Source of the DNA: Mobula hypostoma
Lineage: Eukaryota
Reading direction: 5' to 3'
DNA: 64,000 nt
Assembly (NCBI RefSeq): GCF_963921235.1
Contig: NC_086097.1
Span: 247,382,001 to 247,446,000 of the forward strand
The notes beneath the pieces are model-generated. The model was not told where the DNA came from. It did not search any database and was given only the letters and a program-made list of their open reading frames with translations. This document shows, in pieces, positions 50,865-64,000 of the stretch; position 1 is the first letter of the stretch; each line of letters begins with the position of its first letter. The translations under genes and the position numbers were made by a program.

Positions 50865-51280
50865 CCCAAGGGGGGATGAAGTAAGAACCTGGGAGGTGAT
50901 AGATGGACGCGGTTTAATGGCTGAAGACGGAGGAATCTGATAGGAGAAGAGAGTGGACCATGGGAGAAAGGGAATGAGGAGGGACACCAGAGGGAGGTGA
51001 TAGGCAGGTGTGGATAAGAAAAGGGGTGAGAGGGCAGCCAGAATGGCAAATGGAATAATACTGCAGGGGAGGGTAAGGAGTACAAGCTGGTAGGTGATAG
51101 GTAAGAACAAGTAAGGGGGAAGGTGGGTGGGTGGGAGAGGGGCTGGATGAATTGGGAATCTCGGAGGTGACAGAGGGAAAAGGTAAAGGGTTGAAGAATA
51201 CAACAGGAGAGGAGAGTGGACCATGGGAGAAAGGAAATTAGAAGTGCCAGAGGGAGGTGAGAGACAGGGGAGGAGGGGTT
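50865..51280. mobile_element. Purine-rich Penelope-type LTR/UTR remnant with internal duplication
   Basis: aggagaggagagtggaccatgggagaaagg occurs twice (about 50942 and 51205); strong GA bias. Confidence 0.5.
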
Positions 51281-51389
51281 TGCGCCTTGTGTTCTTGTAA
51301 AAGAAACAATATAATTGTGAATGAATTAATTGATGAATACTTTCAAATTGATTGACTGTTTATAATTTGCTTCAAGGAAGTATGTTGGT

Positions 51390-52695
51390 AAGACTTCAGA
51401 CAGAGTCAGGAATCAAAAGGTTGAGCATGGTGTGACTAGTGTCCCAAGCTGCGTATATTTCAATGCCAGAAGTATCGTAGGAAAGGCAGATGAGCTCAAG
51501 GCTTGGGACGACCTGGAATTATGACGTTGTAGCCATTAGTGAGACAGTTGAAAGAGGGGCAGGACTGGCAGCTCAATATTCTGGGGTTCCATTGACTTAG
51601 ATGCGACAGAGCGGGAGAGATAAAAGGAGAAGGAGTGGCATTACTACATAGGGAAAATGTCATGGCGCTGCTCCATCAGGTCAGTCAGTGTTCTGGATGG
51701 AACGGAGAAATAAGAAAGATATGACCATGTTAAGGGGGCTATATTACAGACCACCCAACAGTCCTAGGGAGTTAGAGGAACAAACTTGTAAAGAAATTAC
51801 AGACTGTTGCAAGAAACGTAAGGTTGTTTTAGTAAGTGATTTTAACTTTCCACATATTGACTGGGACTCCCATACTGTAAAATGGCCAGATGGGAAAGGA
51901 TATGTTGAATGTTTTTAAGAAAGTTTCCTTCATTAGTATGCAGAAGTCCCAATTAGAGAGTGTGTGATACTGGATCTGCTGTCAGGGAAAGAGACAGGGC
52001 AGGTGACAGAAGTTTGTGTAGGGGGACACTTTGCACCCAGTGACCACAGTGCCATTAGCTTCAAAGTAAATATGCAAAAAGATAGTCTCATCTGCGTGGT
52101 GAGATTTTAAACTGAAGAAAGGCCAATGTTGATGGTATCAGAAATGATTGGCAAGTGCCGATTGGGACAACTGTTTTCTGGCAAAGGTGTACTTGGTAAG
52201 TGGGAGGCCTTCAAAAATGAAATTTAGAGAGTACAAAATTGCATAAGCCTGTCAGAATAAGAGGTAAAGATAAAGTGTAGGGAACCTTGGTTTTCAAAGA
52301 TATTGAGGCCCTGGTTAAGAGAAAAAAGGAGGTGCATTACAGGTATAAGCAAGCAGGAACATATGAGGTGCTTATGGAGCATGAGAAATGCAAGAGAATC
52401 CTTAAAGAAATCAGGAAGGTTAAAAGAAGGCATAAAGTTGCTCGAGCAGAAAAAGTGATGGAGAATCCTAAAGGATTCTACAGATATGTTAAGAGCAAAA
52501 GAATTGCTAGAGCGGAATGGTAATCAATGTATGGAGCTAAGGACATGGGGGGATCTTAAATGAAGTCTTTGCATCTGTATTTACTCAAGGGACAGACACA
52601 GAGTCTACAGAAGTGAAGTAAAGCAGCATCGACTTCGTGGTCCCTGTACAGATTACAGAGGAAGAGGTGTTTGCTATCCTGAACCAAATCAGGGT
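51390..52695 (+). mobile_element. CR1 ORF2 endonuclease fragment
   Basis: GLYYRPPNS..SDFNFPHIDW..NPKGFYRYVKSKR. Confidence 0.8.
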
Positions 52696-52709
52696 AGCAA
52701 TCGTGAGAT

Positions 52710-53610
52710 CATAGCCACGGAAGTCCTGCCCTTTACCCTGAACTCACTTTGTAGAACCTCATTACTCTTCGTATCTATGTCAGACCACAAACTCTGGCTT
52801 TTCACTCTCCTATTTTAAAATGCTGAGGACTTGACCCAAGATGTCCCACACCCTGGCTCCTGTGAGTCAACATACCATCCTGGAATCTCTTTCACATCCT
52901 CAGAACCACCTTTCGGTTCTCCTAACTAACGAATCCCCTATCGCTACGGCTCACCTCTTCCCCCCATTTCCCCTCTGTGCCACAGACCCACCCACCGTGA
53001 CTTTCCTCTGTTAGGTCATTCCCCCCCACCCCCCCGCCTCCACCTGACAGTATCCAACGTGATATACCTGTTGTTGAGGGGGATGGCCACAGGGGTACTC
53101 TGCACTGACTGTTTAACCTCTTTCCCTTTCCACTGTCACCCAGTTTCCTGTGCCCTGCACCTTGGGTTTAACTATCTCTCTGTATGTCCTAGCCATCACC
53201 CCTTCAGCCTCCCGAATGATCCAGAGTCCATCCAGTTCCAGCTCCGACTCCTTAATGCAGAGTGTTAGAAGCTGCAGCTGGATCTACTTTTCGCAGTTGC
53301 ATTTGTCAGGGACACCGAAGGCCTCCTTGTCTTCCCACATCCCGCCAGTGCATTCCACTATCCTGCCTGGCATCCCTACTGTTCTAAAAAAGCAAATATA
53401 AAGAAGGAAGAACAATAAACTGTGGTGGTGGGGGAACTCTACCTGCAGCTCTTTTGCCTTTTCTGACTGAAGGCTTGAAGAGCTAAATCCTAAACGTTTC
53501 CACTCTAACTCTAAGCACTCCAATGATGGCCACTCTGCTTGCTCCTGCCTTACTTTAATTTGTTTTTGCCTATCAATCGCGAACACTGATTGGTCTCTAC
53601 TCCAAGCACC
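52710..53610 (-). mobile_element. CR1 5' UTR/ORF1 fragment
   Basis: MPGRIVECTGGMWE..VPDKCNCEK (ORF1 zinc-finger-like) and an esterase remnant similar to 60218-61480. Confidence 0.65.
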
Positions 53611-56376
53611 ATTGCCTTTCCAGAGGGAAACACTTCAGCAAAGTGGATTTAACTGAGGCCTACTTACAGATGGAGATGGAAAAAGAGTCCAAAATGTTTC
53701 TCACCAAAAACATTCACAAAGGGCTTTATCACTATAATTTTTAGAGTAGCATCTGCAACTGCATTTTGGCAGATATCTATGAACCAAGTACTGTAAGGCT
53801 GCCCAGGCACGTAGTGTTACCTGGATGACATCACTGTTACCCGTAAGGAGGACAAGTAACATCTCTAAAATCTCAAGTCACTGTTAAAAAGATTAGAAGA
53901 TTATGGGCTCAGAGCACAATGCAACGACTGTGAATTCTTAAAACCAAGCATCACTTACTATGGTCACACCATTGATGCACAAGAATTACACAAGTATGTT
54001 GAGAACATTCAAGCAGTGGTGAAAGGATATGTCACAGTTGTGGAACTTTTTAGGCCTTGTCATCTACTATATCAGGTTCCTGCCAAACCTGCCAACAGTG
54101 CTTCATCACCTGAACTCATTACTACAGGTTGGGAAGAAATGACAATGGAGAAAGCAGTGTGGAATAGCTTGCAAAAAGATTAAGGAAATGTTGAAGTTAG
54201 ACACTGTACTGACACATTATGATCCACATTGTTCAGAGAAGTTTGCCTGTGATGCCTCGCGTTATGGTATAGATGCAATCATGTCACGTTATCAGTTGTG
54301 GAAGTGAATGTCCCATAGCCTTTGTGTCACATTCCCTTACTGCTGCAGAGAAAAACTAAACACAAATTGACAGAGTGGCCTTGAGTCTGGTTTGGGGTGT
54401 AAAATGTTTCAACCGGTACCTGTATCGGAGAGAGTTTACCCTCATTACTGATCATCAGCCACTGGTGTCCATTTCCAATCCACAGAAGGTGCTCTATAAC
54501 AATGCAAATGCAGAGATGGGCTCTGTTTCTTGGAGAACACAGCTACAAGATCGAATTCAAGAGGACAACTAATCATCAAAATGCTGATGGATTGTCCTGT
54601 TTACCTTTGGAAAAGGAAATACCTGAAAAATTTACAAAAGAGGACACTCATCTTGACGTATTCCCCCAAAAGCAAACGTCTCTCTATTACAGCAGAGATG
54701 ATCAAAGGGAAACCAGAAAAGACCCCACATTGTCTCGGGTCTACATGACATCCCAAAATGGCTGGAAATTGCAACAGAAATTCCAGGTTCCCCATTTTTA
54801 CCAACACCAGGATGGATTTGCCCTCGACAGAGGTTAACTTATGTGGGGATTAAGAGTTGTTGCACCATCCAAGCTGAAAGGTAAAGTGGTGGAGGAGTTA
54901 CATGCCAGTCATATAGGTGTGGTCAAAATGAAAGTGTTGGCTTGAAGCTCTGTCTGCTGGTGTTGTGTAGATGAGCAGTTCGAGCAGCTTATCATGCATG
55001 GTTCGAGATGCCCACACTTCCAGAAGATGCCAACAGCAGCACCTCTCCAGCTTTGGGAATGGCCTGCATTGCCCAGGATTCATAGGGCTTTCACCAGACC
55101 ATTCAAGGACAGAACTCTTTGGTAGCAGTGGATGCAGCTACAAAGTGGCCAGACCTGCCCCCAGTGGCCTCCACTACAACCTCACACACTGTTGATGTGT
55201 TGAGAAGCCTCTTTTCAAGACAGGTATCCCAGAACACTTAGTCAGTGACAGTAGACCACAGTTTGTTTTGGAATAGTTTTAGTCATTCCAGAAAATGAAT
55301 GGAATAAGACATATCACATCTGCACCGTACCGCCCAGGTACGAGTGGCTTGGTGGAAAAGTTTGTCCAAAGTCTAAAGAACGCACTCTGAGCTATGTCAG
55401 CAGAATGCACTACACTGACACTGAATCAAAAACCTGCCAATTTCCTCTTTGCATATCGCAATGCAGCACACTCCACAAGCAACCAATAACTCACCAGCTA
55501 TGCTGTTCTGGTTCGTCCCTTGTGTTCAAGCTTGGATCTCCTCAAACCCAATCTCAGAAGGAGTATGCAGGACAAACAGTGAGACAAATCGAAGGCTCCT
55601 CAAACAAGGAGGTTTGATGTTTCACTCCTGGACAAGCAGACCTGGTGAGGGACTACACAGGTGATCAAAAGTGGGTAGTGGGGGAGATTAAGAACAGAAC
55701 TGGACCGCTCTCCTACACAGTGGAGATTGCATCTGATGTCATCGGGAGACGGCACATCAATCAGTTGAGGAGAGCTGAGTCAATTGTTGGAGAAGAAAAG
55801 TACCCAGAGCTGTCAGAACCACTTCCTGCCGTCCCAGAGTCAACACCTACAACCACCACAGAGGAGGCTCCAGAACCTGAGTTAGTTTCTCAGCCAGAAG
55901 TCTTACTTGTCAAGCAGAGTGTCAGGAAAGATATTATCCCCCCAGCTCGTCAGGAAAGACATTATCCCACAAGAGTAAGAAATCCTCCATAGCGATTAAA
56001 TCTTTAGGCCTGAATGGGACAACTTAAAATTTACTGTGCTGTGGATGTCTATATAGTCATTTTAATATAGAGTAAACTGTACAAGCTGAAATGCATTCTA
56101 TATTGAGTTGAAGTTTATATGTAAGCAGAGAGGAGTGTTGTGCGTTTAATATTTCAGTAATATTTGAGTAGTCTTGTAAATATATTTTTGATTAAGCATT
56201 CTTTTTAGTTTAAATAATTCATTAAGGGTTATATGTAAAAGTACGTGAATGGCACACGTCATTATGTCACTACGTCATAAGTGCATGCTTTACTACAGTA
56301 AAAACGAAGTGTACACGCTCTGCCGGTCTCTCCATGTATTTCGTTTGATTAGTTTATGGAGTTTCAAAACATAACA
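53610..56376 (+). mobile_element. Gypsy (Mag/K02A2.6-like) 3' half: pol + 3' LTR 56136-56376
   Basis: FSKVDLTEAYLQM, CYLDDI, ACDASRYG, FTLITDHQPL, HQNADGLS, GPLSYTVE; PPT aagcagagaggag; LTR tgttg...taaca. Confidence 0.88.
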
Positions 56377-56429
56377 ATGAGGAACATAGATAAGGTGAGT
56401 GATTCCTGTCTTTTTCCTGGCTTAAAGCA

Positions 56430-57214
56430 GAGGGCGGAGCTTAGTCAAGATGGCGTTAAACGGCAACTTCTTTGCTTGCATCTTTGGAAACAGCTCTATT
56501 TCGATCTTTAATATCTCTATTTTTCCCTTTCAAGGTTCTTTTGAAGACCCTGACCTGGAGTTACACGCTGACTTCAGTTCTTTGCAGGAATGGGGCTCAC
56601 TCTGGGGGTGTCACGACTGGCCGTTATCTGACATGCCAAGGGCGCGGCCTAAGAGATCAGCTTGCCTTTGGAGGCCTAGGATCTTGGGGCTCTGGAGATG
56701 GGCAGATCAAAGGTTGGTATCCCATGGGAGCTGGAAGATCTTTGGCTGTGTGCCCAGAGACCTGAGATCTTTGGGCACAGAGCTCTGAAAAAGCGATGCA
56801 ATGGACTTTTAACATCGTAAACCAGTTAGTTGCTTGTCATGTCTCCTCTCTCGCTGTGAAACGGAGACATCTCTTTCTCCCTTATTAGGGAGAGAGAGAA
56901 CCTGTGGAATGTTGAGTACCAGGTAAATGAGTAGTCTCTGGGGTACTTTGCTGTTGCTTCTGCTCAACGCTTGAGTGCTCAGTCGCGGGTGTCGATGCTT
57001 TTTTTTGCCGGTGGGGGGAGGGGGGATTGTAGCTTGCTGCCGCTTACATGTGGGAGGGAGGGGAGTTGGGAGGGGGGACCTTGGGGAACTAACATTCAAT
57101 TGTCATTCATTCTTTGGGGCATTCCTCTGTTTTCATGGATGGTTGTGAAGAAAAAGCATTTCAGGATGTCTATTGTATACATTTCTCTGACATAAAATGT
57201 ACCTTTGAAACCTT
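56430..57214 (+). mobile_element. Non-autonomous retroelement-like repeat, family uncertain
   Basis: Starts gggcggagcttagtcaagatggcg and ends ..aaatgtacctttgaaacct; appears to interrupt a CR1 remnant; no credible ORF. Confidence 0.45.
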
Positions 57215-57240
57215 ATAGGACAGAGGATTGTAGGGATTTA

Positions 57241-60200
57241 CATAGAACATAGAATAGTACAGCACAGTACAGGCCCTTCGGCCCACAATGTTGTGCCAAC
57301 CCTCAAATCCTGCCTCCCATATAACCCTCCACCTTAAATTCCTCCATATACCTATCCAGTAGTCTCTTAAATTTCACTAGTGTATCTGCCTCCACCACTG
57401 ACTCAGGCAGTGCATTCCACGCACCAACCACTCTCTGAGTGAAAAACCTTCCTCTAATATCCCCCTTGAACTTCCCACCCCTTACCTTAAAGTCATGTCC
57501 TCTTGTATTGAGCAGTGGTGCCCTGGGGAAGAAGCGCTGGCTATCCACTCTATCTATTCCTCTTAATATCTTGTATACCTCTATCATGTCTCCTCTCATC
57601 CTCCTTCTCTCCAAAGAGTAAAGCCCTAGCTCCCTTAATCTCTGATCATAATGCATACTCTCTAAACCAGGCAGCCTCCTGGTAAATCTCCTCTGTACCC
57701 TTTCCAATGCTTCCACATCCTTCCTATAATGAGGCGACCAGAACTGGACACAGTACTCCAAGTGTGGCCTAACCAGAGTTTTATAGAGCTGCATCATTAC
57801 ATCGTGACTCTTACGTTCTATCCCTCGACTTATGAAAGCTAACACCCCATAAGATTTCTTATCTACCCTATCTACCTGTGAGGCAACTTTCAGGGATCTG
57901 TGGACATGTACTCCAAGATCCCTCTGCTCCTCCACACTACCAAGTATCCTGCCATTTACTTTGTACTCTGCCTTGGGGTTTGTCCTTCCAACGTGTACCA
58001 CCTCACACTTCTCTGGGTTGAACTCCGTCTGTCACTTGTCAGCCCACTTCTGCATCCTATCAATGTCTCTCTGCAATCTTCGACAATCCTCTACACTATC
58101 TATAACAACACCTGCCTTTGTGTCATCTGCAGACTTGCCAACCCACCCTTCTACCCCCACATCCAGGTTGTTAGTAAAAATCACAAAGTAGAAGTCCCAG
58201 AACCGATCCTTGTGGGACATTACTAGTCACAATCCTCCAATCTAAATGTACTCCCTCCACCACCACCCTCTGCCTTCTGCAGGCAAGCCAATTCTGAATC
58301 CACCTGGCCAAACTTCCCTGGATCCCATGCCTTCTGACTTTCTGAATAAGCCTACCATGTGGAACCTTGTCAAATGCCTTACTAAAATCCATATAGATCA
58401 CATCCACTGCACTACCCTCATATATATGCCTGGTCACCTCCTCAAAGAACTCTATCACGCTTGTTAGACATGATCTGTCCTTCACAAAGCCATGATGACT
58501 GTCCCTGATCAGACCATGATTCTCTAAATGCCGATAGATCCTATCTCTAAGAATCTTTTCCAACAGTTTTCCCACCACAGACGTAAGGCTCACTGGTCTA
58601 TAATTACCTGGACTATCCCTACTACCTTTTTTGAACAAGGGGGCAACAGTTACCTCCCTCCAATCCTCCGGTACCATTCCCGTAGACAACGAGGACATAA
58701 AGATCCTAGCCAGAGGCTCGGCAATCTCTTCCCTCGCCTCGTGGAGCAGCCTTGGAATATTCCATCAGGCCCCTGGGACTTATCTGTCCTAATGTATTTT
58801 AATAACTCTAGCACCTCCTCTCCCTTAATATCAACATGCTCCAGAACATCAACCTCACTCATATTGTCCTCACCATCATCAAGTTCCCTCTCATTGGTGA
58901 ATACCGAAGAGAAGCATTCATTGAGGACCTTGCTCACTTCCGCAGCCTCCAGGCACATCTTCCCACCTTTATCTCTAATCGGTCCTACCTTCACTTCTGT
59001 CATCCTTTTGTTCTTCACATAATTGAAGAATGCCTTGGTGTTTTCCTTTACCCTACTCACCAAGGCCTTCTCATGCCCCCTTCTTGCTCTTCTCAGCCCC
59101 TTCTTAAGCTCCTTTCTTGCTACCCTATATTCCTCAATAGACCCATCTGATCCTTGCTTCCTAAACCTCATGTATGTTGCCTTCTTCCACCTGACTAGAT
59201 TTTCCACCTCACTTGTCACCCATGATTCCTTCAACCCACTATTCTTTGTTTTCCTCACCGGGACAACTTTATCCCTAACATCCTGCAAGAGATCCCTAAA
59301 CATTGACCACATGTCCATAGTACATTTCCCTGCAAAAACATCATCCCAGTTCACACCCGCAAGTCCTAGCCTTATAACCTCATAATTTGCCCTTCCCCAA
59401 TTAAAAATTTTCCTGTCCTCTCTGATTCTATCCTTTTCCATGATAATGCTAAAGGCCAGAGAGCGGTGGTCACTGTCCCCCAGATGCTCACCCACTGAGA
59501 GATCTGTGACCTGACCCGGTTCATTACCTAGTACTAGATCTAGTATGGCATTCCCCCTGGTCGGCCTATCAACATACTGTGACAGGAATCCACCCTGGAC
59601 ACATTTAACAAAGTCTGCCTCGTCCAAACCCTTGGAACTAATCAGGTGCCAATCAATATTAGGGAAGTTAAAGTCACCCATGATAACAACCCTGTTATTT
59701 TTGCACCTTTCCAAAATCTGCCTCTCAATCTGCTCCTCAGTATCTCTGCTGCTACCAGGGGCCCTATAGAATACCCCCAGTAGAGTAACTGCTCCCTTCC
59801 TTTTCCTGACTTCCACCCATACTGACTCAAAGGAGGATCCTGCTACATTGACCACCCTTTCTGTAGCTGTAATAGTATCCCTGACCAGTAATGCTACCCC
59901 TCCTCTCCTTTATCCCCCCTCTCTATTCCTTTTAAAGCACTGAAATCCAGGAATATTGAGAATCCATTCCTGCCCTGGTGCCAGCCAAGTCTCTGTAATA
60001 GCCACTACATCATAATTCCATGTATGTATCCAAGCTCTCAGTTCATCACCTTTGTTCCTGATGCTTCTTGCATTGAGGTACACACATTTCAGCCCTTCTA
60101 CCTTTACACCGTTTATTCTGCTTCTCTTTCCTCAAAGCCTCTCTATATGTTAGATCTGGCTTTACTCCCTGCACTTTTTTCACTGCTCTATTGCTCTGGG

Positions 60201-61480
60201 TCCCATCCCCCTTCAAATTAGTTTAAACCCTTCCGAACCATGCTGGCAAATCTACCTGCAAGGATATTGCTCCCCCTTGAGTTCAGGTGAAACTCATCCA
60301 ATCTGTACAGGTCCCACCTTCCCCAGAAGTGATCCCAATGATCCAAAAATCTAAAACCCTGCTCCCTGCACCAACTCCTCAGCCACGCATTCAACTGCCA
60401 TCTCCTCCAATTCTTACCATCACTATCACGTAGCACTGGCAGCAATCCTGAGAACGCCACCCTTGAGGTCCTGTTCTTCAGCCTTCTGCCTAATTCCTGA
60501 AACTCACACTTCAGGACCTCATCCCTCTTCCTGCCTATGTTGTTGGTGCCAACATGTATCACGACTTCTGGTTGCTTTCCCTCTCGTACCAGGATGTCGT
60601 GCAGCCGGTCAGAGACATCCCAGACCCTGGCACCCTGGAGGCAACAAACCATGAGGGTGTCCTTCTCACGTCCACAAAATCTCCTGTCTGCTTCCCTGAC
60701 TATAGAGTCTCCGATGACGACAGCTCTCCTCTTCTCCGTCCCACCCTTCTGCACCACAGGGTCAGACTCAGTGCTGGAGGCCCTGCCACCGTGGCTCACA
60801 CCTGGTAGGTCGTCCCCGCCAACAGTATAGTCATAGTCAGACTTTATTGATCCTGGGGGAAATTGCTTTTCGTTACATTTGCTCCATAAATAATAAATAG
60901 TAATAGAACCATAAATAGTTAAATAGTAATAGGTAAATTATTAAATAAGTCCAGGACCAGCCTATCGGCTCAGGGTGTCTGACCTTCCAAGGGAGGAGTT
61001 GTAAAGTTTGATGGCCACAAGCAGGAATGACTTCCTATGACGCTCTGTGCTGCATCTCGGAGGAATGAGTCTCTGACTGAATGTACTCCTGTACCCACCC
61101 AGTACATTACATAGTGGATGGGAGATATTGACCAAGATGGCATGCAACTTGGACAGCATCCTCTTTTCAGACACCACCGTGAGAGAGTCCAGTTCCATCC
61201 CCGAGGACAGTATCCAGGACGGTAAACTTATTATTCAGGGGAATGGCTACAGGGGTGCTCTGCACTACCTGTCTGCTCACTTTTGCTTTCTCCCCTCTGA
61301 CTGTCACCCAACCACCTGTTTCCGGCAGCCTAGGTGTGACTACCTCCTCTCATCTATGACTGCCTCATTCTCCCTTACGAGTCGAAGGTCATCCAGCTGC
61401 TGCTCCAGATTCCTTACATGGACTTGGTGATCGCCCAGCCGCATGCACTTCTGGCAGATGTGACTCTGCGGGAGACTCAC
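57241..61480 (-). mobile_element. Near full-length CR1 LINE (ORF1 zinc finger + GDSL esterase; ORF2 APE-RT), few frameshifts
   Basis: ORF 60218-60799 VIGDSIVR..HVGTNNI..DEFHLN; ORFs 58650-59855, 58171-58698 and 57303-58001 cover ORF2; (catagaa)n tail. Confidence 0.92.
60829..61206 (-). mobile_element. Rex1/Babar 3' fragment inserted in CR1 ORF1
   Basis: MELDSLTVVSEKRMLSKLHAIL; 7-bp TSD acagtat (60822-60828, 61207-61213). Confidence 0.88.
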
Positions 61481-62625
61481 ATCTGCCAGAAAGGGTTTGG
61501 AAAGGATTTGGAAAGGGTTGCCAGAGGAAGCGCTGGAGACAAGTCATGTGGCACGGAAGCATAATGCTATTAGTGCCAGTTTGCATGTTCTCCCAGTGAT
61601 CGTGTGGGTTTCCTCCCAGTTTCTCTGGTTTCCTCCCACATTCCAAAGACATACAGGGCAGGGTTAGTGAGGTTTGGGCATGTTGTGTTGCATTGGTGCC
61701 AGAAGCAAGGCAAATTTTTGTGAGCTGCCCAACACAGTCCTCGCTGATTTAACTTGGCGATAAAGACGTATTTCACTGTAGTTTTTGATGAAGGTGTGAT
61801 AAATAGCTCTAATATAATCTAATTTATGAGTGTGGGATATCCACACAATGGAGAAAAAAAGGATCAAATCAGTGATAGTTAAACTAGGTTTGGAGCTGAG
61901 TACTTGCTCTGCAGACACACATTTCTCTTGGTGTCTGGCACTGCGATACTAGCATTATGTTGTTCTATGAATTATCTATAAACTGTATCGTAAAATAGGG
62001 GTCCCACACTTAAAACACTGAGATGAGAAATATAACAAGTCCTGACACAGCTTCCAACCCATTTTCCATACATCATGGACCAAAAGCAGTAACTAGTTCT
62101 AAAAGGGTAAAATCTGTCATAAAATTATACAAATCGACCATAGATCAAAGTCAGATCTTGTATTTCCTCAAGCAGAGATTCTATGACATGGGGAGAACGA
62201 GCGACAAAAAAAAACGGGGAAAAAAGGAAAACAAAGTCAAGGGGATTAACTATTGGCCCCAGGTGTCCTTATTATATCACCAGACTCCAGGTACCAATAT
62301 CTTTTTAGTTTGGCACTTCATAAATTCTGCCATCCTTGTTAGGCCTGTCAGGACAGCTGACCTCAGTTTTCCACTAACAAGCCAGCTGTGCAGTTCCTTT
62401 CAAAGCAAGGCGGATACATTTTTATTGAACATGAAAATAATGTGCACCTCAGCATTGGTATTTTATTGGAATTAGGACAATTTTTTTTTACACAAAGAGG
62501 AGGTTGTACCGAAAATTGCAAATGCACTCTCACTAGTGCACGTAAATTTCACTTGGAAATTTCTGAGTTAACAATGGTTACATTTTAAAGCTTTAAGGGT
62601 CGTTAGCCAAACTGAAATTAACTAC

Positions 62626-62666
62626 TGTGTGTGCGTGTGTGTGCGCGTGTGCATGCGTGTGTGTGC

Positions 62667-62707
<41 letters not shown>

Positions 62708-62745
62708 CGTGTGTATGCGGGAGTGTTTGTCTACATGTGCACACA
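62626..62745. repeat. (TG)n/(CG)n microsatellite
   Basis: About 90 bp of near-perfect alternating purine-pyrimidine sequence, then a degenerate extension. Confidence 0.95.
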
Positions 62746-63189
62746 CTCAAAGTTTAAGACTTTTGCACAGTACTGTAGTAGTAATTATATGTATTGCACT
62801 GTACTGCTGCTGCAAATGAAACACAAATTTCATGACATATGTGAGTGATGATAAACCTGATTCTGATATGGGTCTCTATTGTGGACTGAGAGTGGGAAGG
62901 GGGCAGGGAGAGGGGAATCATGGTTAGGAAAAGGAGAAGGGAGAGGGGAGGGAGCAGAAAGCACCAGAGAGACATCCTGTAATGATCAATAAACCAATTG
63001 TTTGGGATCAAATGACTTTGCCTGGTGTCTCAGGGCTGGGTGTGTCTGAACATGTGCCAGCTCCCCCCCTCCCCCCGGCACTTCTTCTCTGTCCCACACC
63101 CCTTCCATGGCGCTCCACCCTCACCATTCCCAAAATTTTTTGTTCCCACCAGATTTACAAACTTGCTCTCTGCTCCACATTAACAAACA

Positions 63190-63256
63190 CAGTACTGTGC
63201 AAAAGTCTTAGGCACCCTAGCTATAGATATGTGCCTAAGACTTTTGCACAGTACTG
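63190..63256. mobile_element. 67-bp Tc1-type MITE (TIR-only hairpin)
   Basis: Perfect 26-bp inverted repeat cagtactgtgcaaaagtcttaggcac with a 15-nt spacer; same TIR at 46820, 62755 and 14247. Confidence 0.85.
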
Positions 63257-64000
63257 CAATTCTTATTATAATTTATAGTATTAAATGTCTTAGTATTAGT
63301 ACAGCACCACAATAATGGTGCTGTTCTAAATAACACTGCCGGGTTTGAAAGCAGTCAGTTCCTTGCACACTTTCCATCCATTCTGAATTGAGTGTTGAAC
63401 TAGCAACTCAGCTTCAAAAAAAACAGACAAAAAAAACTGGAGAAATGGCAAGATTGCTGCCTGATGCTCCACAAGGCATAGAAAGGAACTACATATATAT
63501 ATAAAATAATGTTAAATATTACAGTATTAATGTACTATACAGTACTGTTGCCACAAAACAACACATTTTATGACATATGTCAATGATAATAAACATGAAT
63601 CTGGTTTTGTCAAGTTCATTTAAAGCTGCATAAATCCCCAAATCTGTAAACAACCAAGATCAGTACAGGCATGAAGATTTTCTCTTAAAAATGCATATTT
63701 AAATCCAGAGCAAAGTAGACAACAAGAGAAATAAGGTTACATTAAATTTGACTATTGCAAGTTGTTATCCTTCAATGCATTTAATTATAAGCTAAAATCA
63801 GCCTGGCAATGATTGTCTACCTGTATCCTGCCTTATAGTATCAGTGGGTTTAAAATGTGAGAATTTCATCATACAACTCAGAGTCAAATATGACTGGCAT
63901 GTTATAATTCGTTATGAAGGAACAGGTAGATTTGATTGTCAGGGGTTGAAAGAGTAGGTCAGATTCTGCTTGTTCATCAGCTGAGTGTCATTTTATTTTC

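Noticed and set aside
62627..62848. Cys/Val-rich ORFs
   Set aside because: Translation of the (TG)n microsatellite.

Overview
This is vertebrate intronic DNA, most likely from a cartilaginous fish such as a ray. That call rests on HE1/V-type tRNA SINEs and a dense load of CR1 LINEs with esterase ORF1 and microsatellite tails. The only host coding sequence I can support is one 188-nt minus-strand exon (23669-23856) matching the Q/P-rich region of POU6F2. The rest is mostly decayed, often nested transposons: CR1, Rex1/Babar, Penelope, a Dong/R4-type element, four Gypsy LTR elements plus a solo LTR, and hAT, Tigger and Tc1 elements. Best findings: (1) an intronless RBM25 mRNA fragment captured inside a Gypsy element between gag and the integrase tail, with apparent microhomology at both junctions; (2) a complete minimal hammerhead ribozyme core in the loop of a perfect 42-bp Penelope-derived hairpin; (3) a Gypsy element with PNMA/MOAP1-like Gag. 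Protein and family assignments come from recognising motifs, not database searches. Boundaries without target-site duplications (TSDs) are approximate.
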